Under the pieces are notes generated by a model. It searched no databases and had not been told where the DNA came from. It worked only from the letters and a program-made list of their open reading frames with translations. A DNA stretch of 17,565 nucleotides from Octopus sinensis (Eukaryota). This document shows, one piece after another, positions 1 through 9,351 of this stretch. Every line of letters begins with the position of its first letter. Within the stretch, counting starts at the first letter, position 1. Location: assembly GCF_006345805.1 (NCBI RefSeq), contig NW_021826180.1, forward strand, positions 1 through 17,565. Reading direction: 5' to 3'. A program made the position numbers and the translations under genes.

Positions 1-480
1 AGATTGCAATTTTCTTTGGTTTGGTTACACAGATTTATGTTCAGCAAGGAAAATGGTTTTGTTGGACTAAAGTGGTTTGCAGTCTGTCTGTACCGTTTCT
101 CTGAATATTTCCACACAGCAGCAAATGGTTTGACCATAAAAGGAAGTGAATTAAAGACAAGGCTATCAAATACAGAGGGAAAAAGGGAGAAAATATCAAA
201 CAGGCAACTGAATTAAGTGCTGCAAGAGTTACATGAAATTAACAGTAAATTAGTTGTGAGAATTGACAGAGAATTCCGGAAACAACTTGCCCAGAACAGG
301 CCCCTGCGGTGCATCCTTACTAGCGAAGGTGCACAATCTTCACACAAGTCAGGTAGCAGAAACTCAATGCGAGCTTGGCAAGGCTTGATCAGAAAGTACT
401 CTAACTGAAGCTAAAAACTACATGTGCCCCACATGTGGTTGCTCATTCCATCATGTGAGCAGTCATGGTTTTGAATAATC
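1..480 (+). mobile_element. Possible highly degenerate RTE-clade LINE ORF2 C-terminal fragment
   Basis: Peptides EGKR..., RKQLAQNRPLRCILTSEGAQ and, across a frameshift, YMC/PTCGCSF resemble the W..LA.DR..WR....EG and C-terminal CxxC of RTE ORF2. Stops and frameshifts are present and the similarity is weak. Confidence 0.3.
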
Positions 481-564
481 ACCAATCGATGAACAAAGTC
501 AGCCTTTGATTGTCTACACATGTATTTATTATCTCATGTCTCACTACCATGTAGCATAACACAC

Positions 565-805
565 CTGCATACATTTCATACTGTCCCCACATATATTTCA
601 TATCAAACAACCTCCACTTCACAGTCTCCACATGAATTCTCCACTGAGTAACTTACATCTCATAGTCTTTGCATATATTCCACATTAACATACATTTCAT
701 ACTCTTCACATACTCTAAAAATTAAACAACTTACATTTCATAATCTCCACATATATTCCACATTAAACTAGCTATATTTCATAATCTCCATGTATATTCC
801 ACATC
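565..805. repeat. Degenerate ~41-bp tandem repeat (aaacaacttacatttcataatctccacatatattccacatt)
   Basis: attaaac recurs at 721 and 762. acatttcata/ccacatatatt motifs recur about 5-6 times with decay toward the left. Confidence 0.7.
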
Positions 806-937
806 TGTTATAAACTGATATAATGTAAAGGGTACCTTTGCTGGCTCTGTTGAATGTGAAAGAAAAGGGATTTGGTTGTTATTTCTAGCAGTTTTAGTAA
901 CCATGTAGAATCTTCCTTGTTGGAGTTTTATAATACT

Positions 938-2390
938 GGTGGAGGTATTGGAGGACAGTGTAGAGATCCATCTTAGTGTTGCAGGTTTATCATATTGCTG
1001 GAGGTATTGGATGTCAACCATACTGGAGGGCACTGTACAGATCCATCTTTGTGTCGGAGGCTCATTGTACTCGTGAAGGTATTGGAGGTCAACCATATTG
1101 GGGGGATGTTGTAAAGATTTATCTTTGTGTTGGAGGGTTATCATATTGCTGGAGATATTGGATGTCAACCATACTGGAGGATGTTGTAGAGATTCATTTT
1201 TGTGATGAATATTTACCAGACTGCTGGAAGTATTAGGGGTCAACCATATTGGGGGATGCTGTAAAGATCCATCCTTGTGTTGGAGGTTTATCGTATTGGC
1301 GGAATTATTGGATGTCAACCATATTGGAGGATGTTGTAGAGATCCATTTTTGAGATGAATATTTACCAAACTGCTGGAGGTCAACCATGTTGGGGGATGC
1401 TATAAAGATCCATCCTTGTGTTAGAGGTTTATCATATTGCTGGAGATATTGGATGTCAACCATACTGGAGGGCACTGTACTGATCCACATTGTGTCGGAG
1501 GCTCATCATACTCATGAAGGTATTGGAGGTCAACTATATTGGGGGATGCTGTAAAGATCCATCTTTGAGTCGGAGGCTGATCATATTAGTTAAAGTATTA
1601 GAAGTGAACCATATTGGAGGATGTTGTAGAGATTCATTTTTGAGATATTTACCAGACTGCTGGAGGTCAACCATATTGGGGGATGCTGTAAAGATCCATC
1701 CTTGTGTTGGAGGTTTATCAAATTGCTGGAAGTAATGGATGTCAACCATATTGGAGGATGCTGTAAAGATTCATTTTTGTGATGAATATTTACCAGACTG
1801 CTGGAGGCATTGGGGGTCAACCATATTGGAGGACAGTGTAGAGATCCATCTTCGTGTTGCAGGCTTATATTGCTGGAAATATTGGATGTCAACCATACTG
1901 GAGGACGCTGTACGTGCAGATCCATTTTTGTGTTGGAGGCTCATCATACTCGTGAAGATACTGGGGGGTCAACCATATTGGTGTATGCTGTAAAGATCCA
2001 TTCTTGTGTTGGAGGGTTATCATATTGCTGGAAATATTGGATGTCAACCATACTGGAGGACACTGTACGTGCAGATCCATCATTGTGTCGGAGGCTCATC
2101 ATATTCACGAAGGTATTGGGGGGTCAACCATATTGGGGGATGCTGTAAAGATCCATCCTTGTGTTGGATGTCAACCATATTGGAGGATGTTGTAGAGATT
2201 CATTTTTGTGATGAATATTTACCAGACTGCTGGAGGTATTGGGGAGTCAACCATATTGGAGAATGCTGTAAAGATCCATTTTTGAGTTGGAGGTTGATCA
2301 CATTAGTTGAAGTATTAGAAGTGAACCATATTAGGGGATGCTACGACGATCCATCTCTGTGCTGAAAGCTTATCGTATTGGTGGAGGGAC
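938..2390. repeat. ~75-bp minisatellite, about 20 units with several variant types
   Basis: gtcaaccata/gtgaaccata anchors at 1013, 1088, 1164, 1239, 1314, 1380, 1455, 1529, 1604, 1666, 1741, 1816, 1888, 1968, 2043, 2123, 2170, 2246 and 2321, plus a partial first unit. Confidence 0.97.
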
Positions 2391-2478
2391 TTTATATCCC
2401 AAAACCCATCAACAAGGCACCTATTTCTGACCTAAAATATCAAAAACAAACCACACGAGTGTTTCCTGTACCACATAT

Positions 2479-2893
2479 GGATCTTTTCGGTTTGAATGGC
2501 AGTTTTTTCTAGCGGTGTCATGAAATTGTCACCCATAATTATGACCCTAGTATCAATCTATTGCATTTCAATCTGTTTTAGGGTTAGTCGTGGGGGGAAG
2601 GGTATCTTTTTTTCTTCACAAATGTAAATAAACCCAATCTGTTTCTTAAACGAGGGACATATTCGTACGGCACAGAATGTTTTTTTTTTACCTCAATGGA
2701 CATCATTGATTGGTTGAAATTGCAGAAATTGAAGAAAAAAAAACCAACAAATATCTTACAAACTATAGAATTTTCTCAATAAAGCCAAGAGAAAACGATG
2801 TTTTATAAACACATTCTACCAGTATACGAAGTTTAAAATTTTTTAGCTACCTAGAAATTATTTTAAAAAACTGCCTTCAAACGGAAAAGATCC
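2479..2893. mobile_element. MITE / non-autonomous DNA transposon with ~30-bp terminal inverted repeats
   Basis: ggatcttttcggtttgaatggcagtttttt (2479-2508) versus aaaaaactgccttcaaacggaaaagatcc (2865-2893). No coding capacity inside. Confidence 0.8.
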
Positions 2894-3185
2894 CCACATC
2901 TCATACTCCAACGCATCAAATATTTTCCATCACATCGTACTTAAGATCGGGTGGGACTCATAAAAAATGTGATAACCAGGTGAGGCTGGCTCATGGCCAG
3001 GAGGTTCTTATGAATCCTGGGTGGCTCTGTAGGATCATGCTAAACACTGAAAGCTGATAAAAAAGGTAGCACAAAAATAAACAAAACAAGAGGTCGTGAG
3101 TTCTAAACCCTTCAGGGTAATTTGTATTTACTTCCTCTTTTCATTCACATTGTAATTATACATTCTTCACAAATGCAATACGCTT

Positions 3186-3376
3186 ATATACATACATCTA
3201 TATATATACATATATCTCTATATATATGTATGTGTGTGTATATATATATATATATATATAAACATTTATATATGTTTATGTATACCTGTATATATATCTT
3301 TACATGTATGAAAATATACATATGTATGTGTGTGTGTATACATACACATTTATGTGTGGGTATATATATATATATT

Positions 3377-3417
<41 letters not shown>

Positions 3418-3715
3418 CATATATATATATATACATATACACACACAAATACACATATATATACATATATCTATGTGTGTGTGTGTGTATATATATATCT
3501 TTACATGTATGAAAATATACATATATGTATGTGTGTGTGTATACATACACATACACACATATATATATATATACATACATATATCTATGCATGTATATAT
3601 GCATGTGTATATATATAAACATTTATATATGTTTATGTATACATGTGTATATATCTTTACATGTATGAAAATATACATATATGTATGTGTATGCATACAT
3701 ACACATTTATGTGTG

Positions 3716-3753
<38 letters not shown>

Positions 3754-3800
3754 CACACATATATATATGTATGTATATACACACGACACACGTATGTATG
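3186..3800. repeat. Compound (TA)n/(CA)n/(TG)n microsatellite containing an internal duplication
   Basis: Dinucleotide runs. The unique spacer atctttacatgtatgaaaatatacat occurs at 3296, 3497 and 3653. Confidence 0.95.
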
Positions 3801-3869
3801 CACACATGTATTGTAATATGGAAAGCAGAAATGAATATCTTCCTTTTTTTTTTTGGTTTGTAACAAAAA

Positions 3870-4257
3870 CATGGTTGTAAGGTTAAGAGGTTCAAATCAC
3901 AACCTCTTAGCTCTGAGTTCAATCCCACTGAATGGCACCTTAAGGAATCGTCTCCGACTACAAGCCTTAACCTCAAAATGATCAATGTCTTAATGAGTGA
4001 AGCTGGTGGATGGAAACTATGTAGAAGCTCAAGGTGTGTGTATGTGTGTGTATATATGTGTGCGCGCGTGTGTGTGTAATTGTGTTTGTTTCCCACAATC
4101 TGATGATAGGTGTTGGTTTGTTTACACCCTCATAGTTGTTCAAGAAAAGTGACCAACTTAAAATAAGTACTGGGGCCAATTTAATCAAATAAACCCTTCA
4201 CAGTTGTGCCCCAGCATGGCCACAACATAATGGTTGAGATAAGTAAAGGAATAAAAG
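3870..4257 (+). mobile_element. Old diverged copy of the tRNA-derived SINE seen at 14346-14722
   Basis: Same order of blocks: tggttgtaaggttaag head, gagttcaatccc B box, atggaaact..gaagc, internal (TG)n, aataagtactgggg, ccagcatggccaca tail. Confidence 0.75.
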
Positions 4258-4456
4258 TTTAACATGCTGTAAATATCGAATCAAATTTTCCCAGTAGCAC
4301 TACAATGCAACCATATTTCTTTCACAGAGCCAATACCTAGGGTTTCATAGATTTAATAGCTTTTCTTGGGATAATTAAAAATGAGAATGGAGAATTTCTC
4401 AAAGAGAGGATTTAAAAAAAAAATTGAAGATAATCAGATCTGCTGACCATTCTATG

Positions 4457-4718
4457 ATACATATACACACATACATTTACCCATATATATATATATATAC
4501 TTACACAAATATAGGGACATAAATATATATACACATACATCTAACCATATATATATACATACAGTTGTATACATATACATACATGCCCTTATATATACAT
4601 GTACATATATATATATATATACATATAGATATGTGCATATAAGTATATATATATATACACATATATATACATGTACACACATATATATATATATTATATA
4701 TATATACATACATGTATA

Positions 4719-4764
<46 letters not shown>

Positions 4765-5549
4765 TACATATGTGCATATATATATATATACATAAATATA
4801 CATATGTGCATATATATATATATAAATATATATATAGAGATATTTATATATATCTACATATATACATATACATACATATATATATACATACATAGAGATA
4901 TTTTTATATATACCGGACATATATACATATGCATACATATACTATATATATACATACATATACATATGTGCATATATATATATAATATATATATACATAT
5001 ACATATGTGCATATATATATATATATATTATATATATATATATATTATATATATATATACACACATCTGGGAGCTCCAGGTTCGTTATTGTACATACACA
5101 CAGAGGAGATAACGACGTCATCAAAGATGAAATCCCAGAATAATTAAAAGAATAAAAAAATAAATAGAAAGAAAGAATCTGGAAAAAAAAAACAAGAAAA
5201 AAAAACAATCTGTTGAGCCCCAACATTTACCTTGTTGCTGTTGTTGTTGTTGTTGTTGTTGCTGTTATAAAAGGCCAGTATAAAACAAGATATACATATA
5301 TTTCCTGTGTGTATACATATATATATATATATACAGTTATGTGTGTGTGTATGTGTGAGTGCATGTGTGCGTGAATGCATACATATATGTATACAGATAC
5401 GCGTGGTTTTGTGTGTGTATGTATATTTGTATGTGTGTATGTATATATGTGTGTGTGTGCACGTGTATATATATATATGTGTGTGTGTGTGCGCACATGT
5501 GTAAACACATATACATGTATTTGTATGCGTGTACACACGTTTCTGTTTC

Positions 5550-5595
<46 letters not shown>

Positions 5596-5775
5596 TGTAT
5601 GTACACTTTGTTCTCTTATATATATATATATATATATACAGGTGTGTGAGCATTTATATATATGCATTAATGTGTGTGTGTGTGTGGGTGTGTGTGTGCG
5701 TGTGTATGAATGTATATATATATGTGTGTGGTGTGTTATGTATATATGTGTGTGGTGTGTGTGTGTGTGTGTATA
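4457..5775. repeat. Compound (TA)n/(CA)n/(TG)n microsatellite fields with a short unique island at about 5066-5290
   Basis: Direct reading. All ORFs here are YI/HT/VC low-complexity artefacts. Confidence 0.95.
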
Positions 5776-5854
5776 ATAATATATATACATATTTTTTTTC
5801 TTTTTTTTTTCTAGTTTCAGCTCAGAGCTGCGGGCCAACTGCTGCAGCACCGCG

Positions 5855-5910
<56 letters not shown>

Positions 5911-6088
5911 GTATATATATATGTATGTATGCAGTTTCCCGTTGAATATTCAGGTCCTTGTCAGCTTTTCGTGGTATCCACTCTGACACAAGAATTCAGA
6001 CCAGGTCTCCAGTAACAAAAGGAGGCCCTGGTACCTCACTCCACCCCGCTACAACCCACCCACCCCTTGCTTCATGCAGCGGTTTCTT

Positions 6089-6197
6089 CCCCCACCCCAC
6101 CCCACCCCACCCCACCCATCATCCCAGCCCATTTAACGAAATGGTGGAAGAAACAAAAAAAAGGAGCTGGGCCCTGCCCCCCTCCCCCACCCCACCC
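6089..6197 (-). other. G-quadruplex-forming tracts, (GGGGT)n on the minus strand
   Basis: Six C-runs at 6089-6117 (ccccacccca...) and a further C-run cluster at 6172-6197. Confidence 0.65.
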
Positions 6198-6384
6198 GGG
6201 TCCTTTTTGCTCCGAGACGCAAAAACGAAAGAACAGTTCAGCTATGTGAGGTTTTTTTCATTGGATAAGAGATGCATAGTTTTTTTAATAAAATTAATTA
6301 GTTCATCGGCTTCGTTAGAATTAAACAACAGTTCTGCTTTAATTTTGCTGCAAACAGTTCATGTGTGTATTTGTTTGTGTTTAT

Positions 6385-6421
6385 ACATATAAATGTATTA
6401 TATTGCTCATACGAATATACC

Positions 6422-6461
<40 letters not shown>

Positions 6462-6961
6462 CGTGGTTTTATATATGTGGTGTGTGTGTGTGTGTTTGTG
6501 CATAATGTAATCTAGAGTCACATATTATGTTAAACATATACACACACATACAACATACACACACCACACACCACACACATATATATATTATATATATATA
6601 TTATATATATATACAGTGCATGCATACACACACGCATATATTCAAGTTTGTATGTGAGTGTGTATATATAAAGAGAGAGAGAGAGAGAGATTTACACACA
6701 CATAAATACAAATAGATATAGAAAACGTGTGTGTGTGTGTGTATTCATATATATATATATGTATATACACACACACATACATAAATACATACATACGTAT
6801 ATACATACATACATACATACATATGTATATATGCAGGTATGCTTATTTTCTTTTGTAATTCCAGAGGTATGTTTCCATTGTAGATATATCTCTAATACTC
6901 AGACATGAATGTCTGTATGTCTGTGACACACACACACCTATACATACATATAAAGATATAT

Positions 6962-6994
<33 letters not shown>

Positions 6995-7136
6995 CACATA
7001 TATATATATGTATGTATATATATACACACACACATGTACATGCTTTTAAAATTTGAATTTGAAATTTCTGTTTAAAAATTGTTTCTCGGTCCTCCGGTTG
7101 TGTTTTTGCTTTTTGTTATAATTAGTGCACCACATG

Positions 7137-7180
<44 letters not shown>

Positions 7181-7195
7181 TATATTGGTAGTCCT
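6385..7195. repeat. Compound (TA)n/(CA)n/(TACA)n/(GA)n microsatellites downstream of the RhoGAP stop
   Basis: Direct reading. Confidence 0.9.
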
Positions 7196-7500
7196 TCTTA
7201 TTCTTCCTCTTGATCAAATATACAAAGTGAATGTCGTTAGTATTACCGGTACCATTAATAACAACAATGATATTAACGATACCATCAATTAGTAAAATTA
7301 GTATCCTCATTTTTTTTTTCCATGACTGAAACTTTTCTTAGTTCTTTTTTTTTTGTGTTGTTTTTTTTTAATATTTTCAGAAGCTGGCAGTTACTTTTTT
7401 TTCCCCTTCATTTTTCTCCTTTTTCATCCAATTTTTTCCCCCCACCCTTCATCCATTACACTGTGTTACTTAATGTCATAAAAAATAATAATAGAAATGT

Positions 7501-7502
7501 TT

Positions 7503-7506
<4 letters not shown>
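7501..7506 (-). terminator. Candidate polyadenylation signal AATAAA of the RhoGAP gene
   Basis: Plus-strand tttatt lies about 110 nt after the stop, immediately following a U27 run (7507-7533) on the transcript. No transcript evidence. Confidence 0.45.
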
Positions 7507-7536
<30 letters not shown>

Positions 7537-7615
7537 AGATAATCTCTGACGAATGAGATGTTGCTTAATGTCCGTCTGCAAGTATTTCGGTATTTCTGGC
7601 ATTTTTCGGCTGTAA

Positions 7616-7783
7616 TCATCTTGGGAATAACTCATCTCTGTGATTAAGAAGTACCAAGGTGAAACTATTTACCGCCGTGATTAAATTGAACGACACCTGG
7701 CCTTTGGACCAAATTAGATTCGGTCCAAAAATCAACGCCAGGTTGTCGGCTCCCATTTTATTCTTGTCTGAATGTTCAGTCAC
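7616..7783 (-). CDS. ARHGAP1: RhoGAP last coding exon: VTEHSDKNKMGADNLALIFGPNLIWSKGQVSFNLITAVNSFTLVLLNHRDELFPR*
   Basis: Acceptor catcttttgcctggcAG, phase 0, 168 nt, TGA at 7618-7616. NKM...NLA.IFGPNL motif. The C-terminus ending ELF resembles ARHGAP1. Confidence 0.97.
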   Translation of the reverse strand: MTEHSDKNKMGADNLALIFGPNLIWSKGQVSFNLITAVNSFTLVLLNHRDELFPR

Positions 7784-8046
7784 CTGCCAGGCAAAAGATG
7801 GAAAATGAATAAAAATAAAGGTAGAAAAAAGGAAAAGGTAAGTAAAAACAAAATGAGTAAAGTTAGGATGAGTTAATAGATTAGGTAACGAATTAGTGAT
7901 AAAGATGTGTGTCCGTGTGTGTACACAAACCTGTTTCAAAGATTTATTCCTAGAAACAAAATAACATCATTTGATGCCTTTGAATAATTAATCTAGAATT
8001 TTAGTAGACATACCTCATGCATAATGCATTAACGAACTTGAAACAC

Positions 8047-8077
<31 letters not shown>

Positions 8078-8078
<1 letters not shown>

Positions 8079-8372
8079 ACAATTGCAGTGTGGAAGGTGT
8101 TTATAAGCCATTTAAGAAACACACAAAAGCCGTTCGATTCACTTCAACACTTCAACATTTATAAAAGTTTAATTTGCCAAAATATTTTTGTCGCTCTGAG
8201 ACCGCGACCTGTTCACTGACAAAAATCCGTGCTGCTATTTTTGTCAGTGAACAGGTCGTGGATTTTAGCGACGAAAATATTTTGACAAATTAAACTTAAA
8301 TGTTGAAGTGAATCGAACGGCTTTTGTGTGTTTCTTAAATGGCTTATAAACACCTTCCACGCTGCAATTGTT
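8078..8372. repeat. ~295-bp near-perfect fold-back (two inverted copies, 10-nt loop)
   Basis: aacaattgcagtgtggaaggtgtttataagccatttaagaaacacacaaaagccgttcgattcacttcaac...gacaaaaat (8078-8226) is mirrored at 8237-8372. The loop is ccgtgctgct. Confidence 0.95.
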
Positions 8373-8547
8373 TTCGTTTCTGCACACGATCTCAGATCAA
8401 ATCACTTGCTATGCAAGTACATCTCCGTAATATATATATATATAGGGAGAGAATTCACAAAAAACCCCCAAAAAGATGAAGACAGGTGGTGTACACAACA
8501 AACAGATGTATTAGTATAACGCTCAGGAAGTGATATATATATATATA

Positions 8548-8817
8548 TAAATTAGAAAAAAAACACCTTTTATCAATTCAAAATGAACAGTTAAATTACA
8601 CCATCTAGAAAATTACATATAATAGAAATATTATATTTGGTAGAATATATATATTCTACCAAATATATACGTTTTATTTATTATTTTGCACATTACTTAA
8701 TCATCGGTATATTATTGTTATTTTATATTTAATATTTCTATTATATGTAATTTTCTAGATGGAGTAATTTAATTGTTCATTTTGAATTTATAAAAGGTGG
8801 GTTTTTTTCTAATTTTT
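8548..8817. repeat. Inverted repeat module with ~86-bp arms and an internal perfect 36-bp palindrome, flanked by (TA)n
   Basis: 8548-8633 versus 8730-8817. Palindrome tatatttggtagaatata|tatattctaccaaatata at 8632-8667. Confidence 0.9.
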
Positions 8818-9133
8818 ATATATATATATATATATATAAATTCATTTAGTATTTCTAAATTGAATTTTTCCCTGTAAGTTAGGAATAATATTCCCTCAAA
8901 TTATTATTATATATATATATATATATATATATAAATATTAAATTTCTAAATATCTCATAGAGATATGTACGGTGTTGGAGCGGTAGAGTGGTTGTATACT
9001 GTCAACTTAATGTGACAGTTCTGTAAGGGAGTTACACCACCGTTGTTTAGCCCTAGGAAGCATCGACGCTTCCTGTCGGCCTTGACACATTTCCTGTGTC
9101 CTTATATATTTACGAAGGGGAGACAAATACCCC

Positions 9134-9219
9134 CAGCAGCTAGGCCTGCATCTAGAGACACGCATGTTTCAGGGTCTTTGCCCATCATCGGTCTAGAGTA
9201 GCAGAGGCCTGCTAGCTGC
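9134..9219 (-). ncRNA. Type I minimal hammerhead-ribozyme-like motif (variant core), sense to the RhoGAP pre-mRNA
   Basis: Minus strand reads UCUAGA-CCGAUGA-UGGG CAAAGA CCCU-GAAAC AUGC GU GUC^-UCUAGA. Stem I is immediately flanking, GAAA is present, stem III is near-palindromic and the cleavage triplet is GUC (9159-9157). Stem I extends through CUGC/GCAG and GCAGCUA/UAGCUGC. Confidence 0.75.
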
Positions 9220-9351
9220 AGATATCTGTCTAGACTTCGTAAATATATATATATTTTCAGTGAAGTTTATTCACTGATCACCAAAATCAGAAATATTAAT
9301 TATATTATATATATATATACTAATATATATATATATATATATATATACAAA

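Noticed and set aside
779-2365. ORFs over the 75-bp array as a C2H2 zinc-finger or other repeat protein
   Set aside because: The period is 75 rather than 84 bp, there is no CxxC...HxxxH spacing or TGEKP linker, and frameshifting indels are frequent.
938-2390. CRISPR-like appearance of conserved anchor plus variable interior (also 16600-17100)
   Set aside because: The interiors are homologous variants of each other, not unique spacers. The context is eukaryotic and there are no cas genes.
2471-2899. ccacat on both sides of the MITE as a 6-bp TSD
   Set aside because: It is offset by 2 nt on the left and the right terminus looks eroded, so the TSD and superfamily cannot be assigned.
5179-5261. 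Possible minus-strand poly-Gln microexon (AG at 5263-62, GTAAAT at 5230) and 52-nt intron
   Set aside because: It is 31 nt of (CAA)n with no recognisable partner exon, and such signals arise often in U-rich DNA.
5795-5858. Plus-strand acceptor followed by short GC-rich sequence
   Set aside because: cagctcagagctgcgggcca..ctgcagcacc resembles the reverse of the SINE tail seen at 4208-4225 and 14690-14712, and it hits a stop or (TA)n at once.
3122-7310. Many long ORFs rich in Y/I/H/T/V/C
   Set aside because: They are translations of (TA)n/(CA)n/(TG)n repeats, which lack stops by construction.
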